DNA of 64,000 nucleotides from Chloroflexota bacterium (GCA_965221905.1 OZ244922.1:1504001-1568000), one strand, 5' to 3'; shown: positions 9,202 to 19,426, counted from the stretch's first letter. The notes: a model not told the origin generated them from the letters alone. A program made the numbers and translations.

Positions 9202-10024
9202 GCAGATTCATGAGCGCGGCGTGCGCCTTGGCGAAGAGGTCGTGCCCCGTGTAGCCAAAGGAACGTCCCGCTACCTGGAGATGCGGCTCAAGCGAGAAGA
9301 ATCCGTCGTAACCTTGATGTTTTAACGCTCCCAGTAGTTCACGCCACTCCGCGCCCCCTTCACCGGCTACAACAACCTTGCCCTTTTGAGATTCCTTATC
9401 CTTGACGTGCACGTAGTGCAGCCAAGGATTCAAGGCAGGAAGGGCTTCGCTATACGGCTTCACACCACAGGCTACGAAGTTCGCAGGGTCAAGCGTCAGG
9501 CGCAAGTTCTCTGCCCCAACCGACTCAAATATGTCTTTGCAGCGGGCGGGCGTGTCGCCATAGATGTCGCTCTCATTCTCGTGTAGGAGAAGCACATCGG
9601 AACGGTGTTGGCGCGCCGCAGTGCTCAGGGCTTGCAGACGGCGCATTACTTCATCGCGGTAGCTATCCGGTTCCTCCCCCTCCGGCATGAAGAATGAGAA
9701 CATGCGGATATAGTTGGTCTCAAGTATGTCAGCGGCCTGCAGCGCACCCTTGAATCGTTCTAGGTGCGATTCAAAGTCATCAGTGATCATAATCTTGCCA
9801 ATTGGCGAACCGATGGCTGAGACTCGCATGCCGCGGTTGTCTAGTTCACGCTTCGCAGCGCACAGGTCGTCTTTAGACAGGTCGACGACTGCGGCCTTGG
9901 CCTCGCCATTGAAGGCAAGGTTGCGTACTTCAATGAAATTGATGCCGATTTCTTGCATGGAGTCGAGTTGCGAACCAAAGTTGTCCGCAATTTCGTCCCC
10001 AAAACCGCTGATGTTTTCGTACAT
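9155..10024 (-). CDS. Sugar phosphate isomerase/epimerase family protein
   Basis: SGFGDEI, IGSPIGKI, YIRMFSF, HENE..IYG, DPANF, HVKD, SLEPHL; AAGGAGG ribosome-binding site. The 3' end overlaps the convergent gene by 47 nt. Confidence 0.88.
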   Translation of the reverse strand: MYENISGFGDEIADNFGSQLDSMQEIGINFIEVRNLAFNGEAKAAVVDLSKDDLCAAKRELDNRGMRVSAIGSPIGKIMITDDFESHLERFKGALQAADILETNYIRMFSFFMPEGEEPDSYRDEVMRRLQALSTAARQHRSDVLLLHENESDIYGDTPARCKDIFESVGAENLRLTLDPANFVACGVKPYSEALPALNPWLHYVHVKDKESQKGKVVVAGEGGAEWRELLGALKHQGYDGFFSLEPHLQVAGRSFGYTGHDLFAKAHAALMNLLTETGWQTPAATSAS

Positions 10025-10411
10025 GCTTTGTCCTCCTTGATTGTTACTGAGCCAGACTACAGACACCTACTCTGGCGGCATTCCTTACGTCTTTTTCTTG
10101 ATGCATTACGTCGAATATCTCGGCTGGTTCTAGCATAGCGCCCTACCATGAGCATCACAATCTCGCACAAGAAGCGCTCGCCAGGTTGTTGCTGGCCCAA
10201 TGGCCGCCATAGGGGCGCCTAGAGGGGAGGAAGTCTTCTTGCACCGAAGGTACGTACAGAGGGAATCTCCGCACAGTTCTGCCTCCGGTTGAGAGATGAA
10301 AAAATGGTTAAACGAATTGCTGCTGGTTGTTAACTCTCGTTCCTCGCCGGTCGCATGACTGCTTTGTGATGAAGTGGGAAGGAGATATGAGTCTCTGCCG
10401 TAACCCAAAGT

Positions 10412-10420
10412 TGGTATAAT
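10412..10420 (+). promoter_or_regulatory. Extended -10 promoter element upstream of secG
   Basis: TGGTATAAT (TGn-TATAAT). Confidence 0.5.
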
Positions 10421-10578
10421 GAAGCAAGCGCCGCGCTCCACCTCGCAGAGCGAAGTAAACCGCTGTTCTATCGTGCTTCCGAGGTCTTGCGGTGCAGCAT
10501 GAAAGTGTGGTTTTGGGAGTTCGCCAAGAGCACCCCAATCTCAAGTATACGGTTTCGTAGAGTTAGGAGAAGGCCACC

Positions 10579-10794
10579 GTGCAGCAGTATCTCCAAGCAA
10601 TTCAAATCATCCTCTCCGTCGCGCTCATTGCCGCAGTGCTTTTGCAGGCACGTGGCGCTGCGTTGGGCTCGGCGTTTGGCGGATCGGATAGCATCCACAA
10701 TACGCGTCGCGGTGTTGATCGGTTGCTTTTCAATGTCACCATCGGGCTCGCGACGCTCTTCATCGTGGTTTCCGTCGTCCTTGTGCGCATTTAG
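10579..10794 (+). CDS. secG: Preprotein translocase subunit SecG
   Basis: Two transmembrane helices with VLLQARGAALGSAFGG...TRRGVDRLL; AGGAG ribosome-binding site. Confidence 0.92.
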   Translation: MQQYLQAIQIILSVALIAAVLLQARGAALGSAFGGSDSIHNTRRGVDRLLFNVTIGLATLFIVVSVVLVRI

Positions 10795-10813
10795 TGCGCG
10801 GCAGGGGTGAAGT

Positions 10814-12496
10814 ATGGCAGATCAGTTTTCGCCCCCATCTTCCCGCATTGCCGGGATTGTCATTGTCGGTAGTATCGGCTCACTGCTGGCGGCGGCGCTG
10901 CTTGCGTATTTTGCCTTCGCTGCGAGCGTTGTCGATGTCCCCGACTTCGGCGGCACCTATATAGAGGGTACGTTGGGCCCTCCACCGACGCTTGTGTCAA
11001 TCCTTGCCAATGATGATACGGCGCGGACCATTTCGGGGCTCATATTCAATGGCCTCACACGCTATGCGGCGGACGGCACGGTTGTGCCGGATTTAGCAAC
11101 GGGTTGGGAAATAGACTCACAGAGTCGATCTTTTGTGTTCCATCTCCGGGACGACGTACGGTGGCAGGACGGTACGCCGCTTACGGTTGACGACGTGCTC
11201 TTCACTTACGGCCTGCTGGCGAGTCCTCAACGCCGCGATCCGGTTTGGAGTAACGTGAGAGCAGAGCGCGAGGGCGAGCGGAGCGTGCGGATTTTTCTCT
11301 TGAACGACGTGTACCTGCCGCTCCTCGAATATGCGACGATCGGTATCTTGCCGCGGCATCTCTTGGATGGAGTTAGTGCGGATCAGTTATTGCTAACTCC
11401 CTTCAACCTGGAGCCGGTGGGCACAGGCCCATATCGCGTCGTTGAATTCACTGAGGAATTTGCGCTGCTCAGTGCAAACGAAGATTACTTTGGCGGGCGT
11501 CCGCATATCCGCTATTTGAAGTTTAAGTTCTATCCGAATGCTAAGGCCGCCATTACCGCGCTGGAGCGGGGTGAGGTTGAAGGCGTGAGCTATCTTCCCG
11601 TCTCGGAGAGGAGTCGTGTGGACGCGATTGCGGACGTCGAGGAATACAGCGCACCTCTTGCCGGCTACACTGTTCTTTACTTCAATCTGCGTCGTCCCCC
11701 ATTCTGGGATCGTACGTTACGACAGGCAATTGCCCATGCTATCGATCGGGACTATCTTGCCAATGACGTGCAGGGAGGAATGGCTGACCCCCTAGAGGGA
11801 CCAGTTCTGCCGGTCTCCTGGGCACACTCCCCAAATGTACCGCGCTATCTCTACGACCCCGAAACAAGCAGAGATTTGCTTGACAAGTTAGGCTGGATTG
11901 TCGGCCCGGATGGCGTGCGGGTTAGAGGGGAAGTCCGTCTCTCGCTAAAGTTGCTGAGGACAGACATTCCGGGCCAGGCCGAACTCGCGGAAGCAATCCA
12001 GGGCCAACTGCGGCAAGTTGGCTTTGAGGTGGAGATTCAGGTTGCGGGTCCTTCCGGGCTGCTTTACGACTCCTTGCTCACAAATGACTTTGACATCGCA
12101 TTGTACACGTGGCTATTGAATGGTTTGGAACCAGATCCATATCTGACCTGGCATTCCAGCCAGATTAAAAGCGGATGGAATTTTTCCGGCTTCACCGATC
12201 CCCGTGTAGACGAGGCGCTACAAAATGCTCGCAACACGCTTGATCAAGATGAACGGAAAAGCATGTATGCGGACTTTCAGCTCATGTTTGCTGAAGAAGT
12301 GCCGAGTTTGATGCTGCTCAGCCCCCGCTATAGTTTCGCCGTACGAACGACTGTGCGCGGCGTTACCGTGCCCGCAGTCTTGCCAACCATCGAAACTCGC
12401 TTGTCCGAAGTGGGTAGTTGGTACATTAAGACAAAGAAGAACGTCTTGAACGTGCGTGGACCGCTGGAGGGTTGGCGTTTACCTTTCTTTTCGTAA
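10814..12496 (+). CDS. Peptide ABC transporter substrate-binding protein (family 5)
   Basis: N-terminal TM anchor; FNGLT..., PDLA..W, LRDDVRWQDG.PLT.DDV.FT, PVGTGPY motifs. Confidence 0.9.
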   Translation: MADQFSPPSSRIAGIVIVGSIGSLLAAALLAYFAFAASVVDVPDFGGTYIEGTLGPPPTLVSILANDDTARTISGLIFNGLTRYAADGTVVPDLATGWEIDSQSRSFVFHLRDDVRWQDGTPLTVDDVLFTYGLLASPQRRDPVWSNVRAEREGERSVRIFLLNDVYLPLLEYATIGILPRHLLDGVSADQLLLTPFNLEPVGTGPYRVVEFTEEFALLSANEDYFGGRPHIRYLKFKFYPNAKAAITALERGEVEGVSYLPVSERSRVDAIADVEEYSAPLAGYTVLYFNLRRPPFWDRTLRQAIAHAIDRDYLANDVQGGMADPLEGPVLPVSWAHSPNVPRYLYDPETSRDLLDKLGWIVGPDGVRVRGEVRLSLKLLRTDIPGQAELAEAIQGQLRQVGFEVEIQVAGPSGLLYDSLLTNDFDIALYTWLLNGLEPDPYLTWHSSQIKSGWNFSGFTDPRVDEALQNARNTLDQDERKSMYADFQLMFAEEVPSLMLLSPRYSFAVRTTVRGVTVPAVLPTIETRLSEVGSWYIKTKKNVLNVRGPLEGWRLPFFS

Positions 12497-12511
12497 AGGA
12501 GCAAGTGCAGC

Positions 12512-13303
12512 GTGACCGGCCTCAAAGTCCCAACAGTACGGATTATTGCTATAGGCACGGAACTCGTGCTGGGTCGGATTCAGGACACGAATTCATTCTG
12601 GCTTTCGCAGCAGCTCACGGAGTTGGGCGCGGAAGTGCGGCGGATAACGGTGCTTCCCGATGTGCTTGAAGAGGTAATTCCCGTGCTGCAGGGAGCCGCC
12701 GATGACAATGCAGACTTTGTGGTGGTTACCGGTGGGTTAGGCCCAACTCCCGATGACTTGACGGTGGAAGCGGTGGCTCGATGGCTGGGTGAAGGAACGT
12801 ATCAGGAACCGAGCCTACTTGAAGACTACATGCGGCGGAGGCAGATAAGCGAGGATGAACTCAGCACCGGTATGCGCAAGATGGCAACAGTGCCGGAAAG
12901 TGCAGTAGTTTGGGCGAGTCCGGCGGGTTGGGCGCCGTGCATCCAAGTAAGCAAGGCAGGAACGACCTACTTTATATTGCCGGGCCCCCCGCGCGAGATG
13001 GAGGCGCTCTTCGATCGCTATGTTGCCACCTCGATTTCGGAGTCGCTTGAAGTCAAGAGCGCCGCCCGCCGCTTATATGTCAATATGAGCGAGTCGGAGG
13101 TCTCACCGTTCATTGAAGATGCGATGGAACAGTTTCCCGGGCTCTATGCGAAGGCCTACGTTGCCTTGCGCAGCGACACTCATTTGCCTGTCGACTTTGT
13201 TGCTCGAGCAGCCTCCGATCGCGAAGCGCGCCTGATGCTGAGCGAAGTCATAGACCGGTTCTCCGCGGAGGTGAAAGCGATGGGTAAGGACATTCACTAC
13301 TAG
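12512..13303 (+). CDS. CinA N-terminal-like (molybdopterin-binding domain) protein
   Basis: IGTEL..G.I.DTN, TGGLGPTPDDLT, LPGPPREM; no C-terminal PncC domain. Confidence 0.85.
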   Translation: MTGLKVPTVRIIAIGTELVLGRIQDTNSFWLSQQLTELGAEVRRITVLPDVLEEVIPVLQGAADDNADFVVVTGGLGPTPDDLTVEAVARWLGEGTYQEPSLLEDYMRRRQISEDELSTGMRKMATVPESAVVWASPAGWAPCIQVSKAGTTYFILPGPPREMEALFDRYVATSISESLEVKSAARRLYVNMSESEVSPFIEDAMEQFPGLYAKAYVALRSDTHLPVDFVARAASDREARLMLSEVIDRFSAEVKAMGKDIHY

Positions 13304-13351
13304 ACTAGGGAGATTCTAGCCGGCAAGTCTCGGAGCACGAACCGCGATCGC

Positions 13352-14629
13352 TTAGGTGCTTTGGCTCTTTGCCAGCGCATCTCTGGCGGCCAGGAAATTC
13401 GCATTTAGCTCTAGAGCCGTTTCGAAGTCGCTGCGCGCCCCTTCTCGGTCTCCAGACATCTCCCGTGCGCGCCCCCGCCAGAAATACCATTCCTCAATGG
13501 CTGTGTCTCCCATACCGGCTTCCGCGAGTGCAATCACATCCTGGTATCGTCCCTGGGCCAAGTAGGCTTCGAACGGGCCGAATTGATACCAGAACATGCG
13601 CCAGGGCAGCCCAAGCTGCCGTGCCCAATCAAAGGCCTGGGCAGCCTGGCGAGTGTCGCCGAGATTCAGTGCGCTCGTGCCCAGATTGAACCAGGTAAAG
13701 GCGTTGTTCTCGTCTTTTGATAGCTCTTCTTGGGCAATGCGCAGTGCGAGTTGCCACATCTGTGAGCCTTTGGTGCTCCCATCAAGGATCGCATCCACGG
13801 CGAGCTGATCCTCTTGCGGATATATAACTATGTATGTGCGATTGAAGACATGCCATATGGCGTCGAACTCCGAGTAAGTCATAGTCAAATTCGGCCCCGA
13901 GTATGAGTCGTGCGCCTTGAGAATTTGCGATTGATTGTCGTAGCCGAACAGCACCCGATAGTGACCCATCCCGTTGTTTGGCTCCGGCTCGAACCATATC
14001 TCAGCGATAACTGGATAACCGGCGGCCAAGAGCTGCATTACCAGGTTCAAGTCACCCCCGACGCCCACGTGTGCCTGAAAACCGATTGCTTCGGCGTACG
14101 CTGCAATCTCGTGTGGACTGACGTTCTTGTCGTTGGGGTCGGGCTTCAGTATAGGTGCGATTTCTGCTTGCGACTCCGTGCGGTCATAGTAGCTCAGCAC
14201 CATGCCCACAGAGGTTGGCGCGCAGTTGTTCCACCCTTGATACTCGTGCCGCAAGCCGATGAGCAATGCGGATGGGGGTACGGACACTGACGCCGGCGCC
14301 GTTGCAGTAGCTGGTTCTAAGGTTACGCGAACCTCCGCTGCCGGCGAAGTTTGCTCCTGAACGGTAGTGGCTGGTATTAGGGTTGGCACGGCCGGCGGGA
14401 GCACGGCGCTGCGCGTTTGCGATACCTGGGGGATCGCACTCTGACGGGGCGACTCACTACGCTCGAAGGCAGGTAAGAGCAGTCCGACGATGGCAGAAAC
14501 TGCAAATGCGCCGGCAAACACGCCTAGTACCGCCAACAGTGCCCAGAGCGGCAGCCTGGAAGACTTCCTACGCCGTGGTGCAGGGCGAGGAATAACTCTG
14601 ACTGTTGGGTGACTGTCGATCTGCCACAT
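13352..14629 (-). CDS. Membrane-anchored C39-family peptidase with C-terminal TPRs
   Basis: TM helix, Pro/Thr-rich linker, Q..NNCAP (Cys), GHY (His), HDS (Asp), then TPR helices. Confidence 0.85.
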   Translation of the reverse strand: MWQIDSHPTVRVIPRPAPRRRKSSRLPLWALLAVLGVFAGAFAVSAIVGLLLPAFERSESPRQSAIPQVSQTRSAVLPPAVPTLIPATTVQEQTSPAAEVRVTLEPATATAPASVSVPPSALLIGLRHEYQGWNNCAPTSVGMVLSYYDRTESQAEIAPILKPDPNDKNVSPHEIAAYAEAIGFQAHVGVGGDLNLVMQLLAAGYPVIAEIWFEPEPNNGMGHYRVLFGYDNQSQILKAHDSYSGPNLTMTYSEFDAIWHVFNRTYIVIYPQEDQLAVDAILDGSTKGSQMWQLALRIAQEELSKDENNAFTWFNLGTSALNLGDTRQAAQAFDWARQLGLPWRMFWYQFGPFEAYLAQGRYQDVIALAEAGMGDTAIEEWYFWRGRAREMSGDREGARSDFETALELNANFLAARDALAKSQST

Positions 14630-14921
14630 GAGTGCACGCTCCAAACATTCGAGTCTCTCGCTTCATCATACTCGACCCTTACAGGGATGAGAACCCTTCT
14701 TGGCGTGACTTCCCCTTTGTGGTTGTAGCCATGGCGGCGTCTCGGATCTCGTGTGGCAGTGTGGTGGGATCAGAGCATCATGGGTGGCATGCAAGAAAGT
14801 CGTTGCGCTTGAAACGCAAACTGCGCATCCTCTTGCATCGCATCACGACCATTGTTGACGGCGCTCGCAGGGCGCGCTATCGTGCCAAAGTGAAACCCTT
14901 AGCAGTCTTTGGAGCAAAACG

Positions 14922-15779
14922 ATGAAACTTTGTCTATTGACCTACAATATGGCGCGGCACTGGGAGCTTCCGGAACTCCTCAAGTTAGCGCGTTTAGGAG
15001 GCTTCAGCGGTTTGGAATTTCGGTCCGAAGCCGGTCACAAACATGGTGTGGAACTGGAAACATGCGCCGAGGAGCGCCGCTCGATTCGTTACCAGGTGCA
15101 GGATGCATGCCTGGAAGTCGCCGGTATCAGCACCAGTTCACGCTTTGAAACGCCCGATGCCACAAAGCGACGGGAGATTGTGGAGCGCAGCAAGCGCTTC
15201 ATTGAGCTTGCGGCAGACGTCAACGCGCGCCAGATACGGGTCTTTGGCAATGACATGCCCAAGGAAGGCGCAGATGGGGGGGCTCCTCCGCCGCGCGAAG
15301 ACGTAATGCGCTACGTAGGCGACTCGCTCCGGGAACTCGGTGAATTTGCCGAACCGCTCGGCGTCAACGTGATGCTGGAGATGCACGGACAGTTTAACTA
15401 TTGGCATTTCGCCATGACCGCGGTTGAGCATGCCGACCATCCACAGGTGGGGATACTCTATAACTGCGATAACCGCGATCTCGTGGGCGGGTCGGTGGCT
15501 TCCACGTACAATCGCGTCGCACACATGATCGGTCACGTGCACATGCACGACTTCGTTAATGGTTTCCCCTACGCGGAGCTCTTCGGACTGCTCCAACGAG
15601 ACGGCTACGATGGGTATCTTTCCTCAGAGATTGGCAAGACTGAACCGACCCATGAGGACTACTTCCTCATGTATGCTCAGCTTTTCCGCGCCTGGAACGC
15701 ACTGGCCGCCGCAGCGGGCGAAAGTGCATTGCCGTATCACGCCGCCGCTGCCGGTACCGTGGCGAGTGCCGCCGGCTGA
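14922..15779 (+). CDS. Sugar phosphate isomerase/epimerase family protein
   Basis: GLEFR, IRVFG, LEMHG, HVHMHD, GYLSSE motifs. Confidence 0.85.
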   Translation: MKLCLLTYNMARHWELPELLKLARLGGFSGLEFRSEAGHKHGVELETCAEERRSIRYQVQDACLEVAGISTSSRFETPDATKRREIVERSKRFIELAADVNARQIRVFGNDMPKEGADGGAPPPREDVMRYVGDSLRELGEFAEPLGVNVMLEMHGQFNYWHFAMTAVEHADHPQVGILYNCDNRDLVGGSVASTYNRVAHMIGHVHMHDFVNGFPYAELFGLLQRDGYDGYLSSEIGKTEPTHEDYFLMYAQLFRAWNALAAAAGESALPYHAAAAGTVASAAG

Positions 15780-16043
15780 GGGTAGCCGGGGTCTCTCCTA
15801 AGTCGTGCATTGAGAGAAATCTTGGTCGGTATTCTTTGTTTTCGCATCCGTTTCGCTACAAACCGGAGAGATAGCGACGCAAAAATGTGGAGCGAACGTG
15901 AGGCGCTCGCTGTGCGTGTCTTGTTGAAGGCGGGAGTAGAAACAGCATTGTGATCCGCGCATTCGATTGAAGAGGCAGGGCACTCGTGCCCGTAGGAAGA
16001 GTATTCGGTCGATAGGGATTTACTAGAATTGGGAGAGAGCCCG

Positions 16044-18050
16044 ATGGCATACCGTCCCCCTGAGAAGCTGATCGTATTCGGTATTGACGGTCCAATCTTG
16101 CCCACGCTGCAGCGGCTGATGCGCGAAGGCCGCATGCCGTTCATGCAGAAACTCGTTGCAGGCGGCACGTGGGCGGATAGCTGTTTGGTGCCGTATCCAA
16201 CGATTACGCCGCCGAATTGGACGACAATTGCGACTGGAGCCTCGGCCGGACGGACGGGCTTCACCGACTTCAACGTCCACTGGAAAGGGGAACCAATCGG
16301 CCAAACCCACGCTGCTTTTGACTCTCGTTGGCACACGGCAGAATACCTGTGGGAAGCGGCTGAGAAGGTGGGGAAGCTGTCGATTGTGATTAATTGGCCT
16401 TCTACCTGGCCGGCGCGCATGCAAGACGGTTGGCAAATCGCCGGCTATGGGTTGTCCGTCAATGAATGGCACGACCATCCCACCTTCCACCACGCCTATA
16501 CTTTTTCAGGCGATGCGCTCTTTTCCACAGACGATTTTGTAGAAGGAACGTTGGTTGAAGTAGATGAGGTCGAGGACTGGCAAGGAATCGAATCAGGGGT
16601 GGAATACCTTGAAGCCGAACTGCAGTGGCGCTTCCGGTACCCCAAGTACACGATGGAACCGCTTTCGTGGCACGTGCTCTTGGAAGCTGACACGCAGGGC
16701 AACTTTACCACTGCCCACGTCTGCGAGGAGCGCGACCGCGATACCGCCATGTGCTCGTTGCAGGTCGGTGAATGGTCGGAATACATCGTGCGCGAGTTTG
16801 CGAGCGAGGAGTTGGGCAAGACCGAGGCAGTCTTTCGCATGAAGCTGCTGGAGTTGTCGGCAGATGGCGAGACGGTAACTCTCTTCGTGACCCCGCTCTG
16901 CCAGATTGACGGCTGGACCCATCCGGAGGGCTTGGACCGCGAAATCCACGAAAATGGGCACTGCCGTGGGCTGCCGGCTCCGTACCTTGGATTGCGCACT
17001 TTCCGCATGGGCTGGTTCGACGCCGATACGTTCATCGAGCTCTGCGACATGCACCATCAGTGGTTTGCCGATGCTGCGCGCTACCTGATGCGTCGCGCTG
17101 ACAGCAGCGCGCAAGAGCCCTGGGACCTTTTCTTCATCCACATTCATACGCCGGACTACTTCTACCATTTGTTTGCCAGCGAAGTTGACCCGGCGCTCAA
17201 CCGCGATGCAGAGAGCCTCAGACATTGGCAGGAAGTCGAGGCCCGGATGTACGAGAGCCTGGATCGGGCCTTCGCCGACATGGCGGAAGCTGCGCCGCGC
17301 CGGACGCTCTATGCCTACGTCTCCGATCACGGCGCGAAGGCGAACGGATACAAGTGCAACCCCGGCCAGATTCTCATTGACGCAGGGCTTACGGTCCTTG
17401 CCGAAGAGGAAGACCCTGATGCTGTGGCGCACTTTGCGGCGTATACTGGGCGCAAGCAGGTGGATTGGTCGAAAACCCGCGCGGCCGCGAGCGGATCGTC
17501 CTACATCTGGGTCAACTTGAAGGGACGGGATCCAGAGGGGATCGTTGAACCGGAAGACTACGTCTCGGTGCAGAATGAGGTAATCAAAGCCTTGTACGAC
17601 TATACCGATCCGGAGACCGGCCTTAAGCCGATCGGCTTCGCTTTCAAGAAGCAGAACGCGAGATTCCTGGATTTGTACGGCGACAATACCGGCGACGTTG
17701 TGTTCTGCTACGCCGATGAGTACGGCTCCCAGCACGGACCGCAGTTTCCTTCCGCTACCGACGGCATGGGCGATATGCGCGGCCTCTTTGCGCTCTCGGG
17801 GCCGGGTGTGAAGAAAGGCCACGTGCTGGAGCGCAACGTCAGCCTCAAAGACCTCGTGCCCACGGTCTGTTACCTCATGGACCTGCCGGTACCTGCCGAT
17901 TGCGAAGGCGCCGTGGTCTACCAGGCGCTCGACGACCCGGACGCTCCCCTCAAAGAGCGCATGCGCCTCCAGCACCATGTGGACGTGCTCTCCGGCGTGG
18001 CGGAATCAGAAGCGGCGATGACTCATACGTACCACAAAGCGGAGGGCTGA
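16044..18050 (+). CDS. Alkaline-phosphatase-superfamily nucleotide pyrophosphatase/phosphodiesterase
   Basis: FGIDG, PTITPPNWTTIATG (Thr nucleophile), PD..YH, VSDHG motifs. Confidence 0.88.
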   Translation: MAYRPPEKLIVFGIDGPILPTLQRLMREGRMPFMQKLVAGGTWADSCLVPYPTITPPNWTTIATGASAGRTGFTDFNVHWKGEPIGQTHAAFDSRWHTAEYLWEAAEKVGKLSIVINWPSTWPARMQDGWQIAGYGLSVNEWHDHPTFHHAYTFSGDALFSTDDFVEGTLVEVDEVEDWQGIESGVEYLEAELQWRFRYPKYTMEPLSWHVLLEADTQGNFTTAHVCEERDRDTAMCSLQVGEWSEYIVREFASEELGKTEAVFRMKLLELSADGETVTLFVTPLCQIDGWTHPEGLDREIHENGHCRGLPAPYLGLRTFRMGWFDADTFIELCDMHHQWFADAARYLMRRADSSAQEPWDLFFIHIHTPDYFYHLFASEVDPALNRDAESLRHWQEVEARMYESLDRAFADMAEAAPRRTLYAYVSDHGAKANGYKCNPGQILIDAGLTVLAEEEDPDAVAHFAAYTGRKQVDWSKTRAAASGSSYIWVNLKGRDPEGIVEPEDYVSVQNEVIKALYDYTDPETGLKPIGFAFKKQNARFLDLYGDNTGDVVFCYADEYGSQHGPQFPSATDGMGDMRGLFALSGPGVKKGHVLERNVSLKDLVPTVCYLMDLPVPADCEGAVVYQALDDPDAPLKERMRLQHHVDVLSGVAESEAAMTHTYHKAEG

Positions 18051-18118
18051 TAGCGCAGAGGGCTATCTGTGAAAACTACTCAGGTTCGCTTAGGTAGACC
18101 CGGTATAGGCTATGCGCT

Positions 18119-18390
18119 CCGGTAGCGCAGGTTTGCAACCTGCGAAAACTTGAACTGCAAGCGAATATCCAACTGTGCTTCTTGGCACTGAGCGTGTGAG
18201 AAAACGTTGGGGCCATGATGGGAAGTAAAGGGCCTCTCCATCCCGGTAGCGCAGGTTTGCAACCTGCGAATTCTCGAGCTGCAAGCGAACATATATCTGT
18301 GTATTGGAACCGTGTATGCAAGAAAGCGTTTTATGCACGATGAGACGCAAGGAGCCTCTTCATTCCGGTAGCGCAGGCTTGCATCCTGCG
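18119..18390 (+). repeat. Upstream REP array: 3 copies of CCGGTAGCGCAGGTTTGCAACCTGCG
   Basis: Copies at 18119, 18243 and 18365 (period 124 and 122 bp); GTAG tetranucleotide followed by a CGCAGG...CCTGCG hairpin. Confidence 0.92.
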
Positions 18391-18864
18391 CAAGCGACAC
18401 TCGCGATCAAGAAGAGGAATCTTCCCCACTGGCAGTTGGGCGGCTCTACTTACTTCCTTACCTTTCACCTTCATTCTAGTGTCAGACCCAATTTAAGCAT
18501 GGGAGAGCGTGCTGTAGTGAAGCAGGCTGTTCTTCATTGGCATCAAGTGAAATGGCGCGTGCACGTGCTAACTGTGATGCCGGACCATGCGCATGTACTT
18601 GCATCTCCTCTGCTTTCCGGTCCAAACGAGTGGTATTCTCTAAGTGGGATCATGCATAGCGTAAAGCGGCACAGCGCTCGCCAAATCAACCTCGTCCGAG
18701 GCCGGCAGGGCAAACTGTGGCAAGCTGAAACCTATGATCGAATCGTAAGAGATGAGGCTGAATTTGATGAGAAGTCACGGTACGTTCTTGCCAATGCGCT
18801 GAGACGTGGCTTGGTGGAAGACCCGTGGAAGTATGATGGGTTTTGGTGTGAATCTATGGCTTGA
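18340..18864 (+). mobile_element. REP-associated tyrosine transposase (RAYT/TnpA-REP, HUH Y1 family)
   Basis: RNLPHW..., YFLTF, VMPDHAH (HUH), WQ.E.YDRIVR, catalytic Y in YVLAN; flanked by GTAG REPs. Start may be 18316 or 18340. Confidence 0.92.
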
Positions 18865-18873
18865 TGGGGTCAC

Positions 18874-19426
18874 CGCAGGTTGCAAACCTGCGCTACCGGA
18901 GAAATTCCTTGCTTCTCGCACGCAATAGTGAGGGACTTTCCTGATTCGTTGGGATTGCTATGGCGCGCACAGGATGCAGGTTGCAATCCTGCGCTACTGG
19001 AGAAAATCCTTGCTGTTAGCGCGCTATAGTGGGGCCTCTTCCGATTCGCTGAGATTCTGATTGCGTGCGCATAGGACGCAGGTTACAAACCTGCGCTACC
19101 GGAGAAGCTGCTTCCCACCGCTGGCGAGTTAGGACAGGTGGGCCACTCCAATGCGGTGATGTGATGAAACTGTGTGCGCAGGAGACGCAGGTTACAATCC
19201 TACGCTACCGGGCAAGCCGTTCTCATGCAGCTATCGCGTCATGGCTGGTGGGGTTCTTCGTTTTGATGGGAGAGTAAAGTATGCGGGTATGGCGCAGGTT
19301 ACAAACCTACGCTACCGGGCAAGCCGTTCTCATGCAGCTATCGCGTCATGGCTGGTGGGGTTCTTCGTTTTGATGGGGAGGGTAAAGTATGCGGGTATGG
19401 CGCAGGTTATAAACCTACGCTACCGG
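18874..19426 (-). repeat. Downstream REP array: 6 inverted copies of the same REP
   Basis: CGCAGGTT(G/A)CAAACCT(G/A)CGCTACCGG at 18874, 18975, 19077, 19186, 19293 and 19401 (period 101-109 bp). Confidence 0.92.

Noticed and set aside
10220-10270. RNase P RNA-like GAGGAAG.TC string
   Set aside because: Lacks the GAGGAAAGTCC consensus and the 3' ACAGAA.CCGGCTTA motif.
16593-17978. 461-aa antisense ORF (also 42300-43274, 46908-48002, 51554-52438, 57367-58284)
   Set aside because: These are shadow ORFs of well-supported genes, expected from high-GC codon bias, and have no recognisable motifs.
18119-19426. CRISPR array interpretation of the regularly spaced 26-bp repeats
   Set aside because: Spacers are 75-98 bp and homologous to each other, repeats start with GTAG and flank a RAYT, and no cas genes are present.
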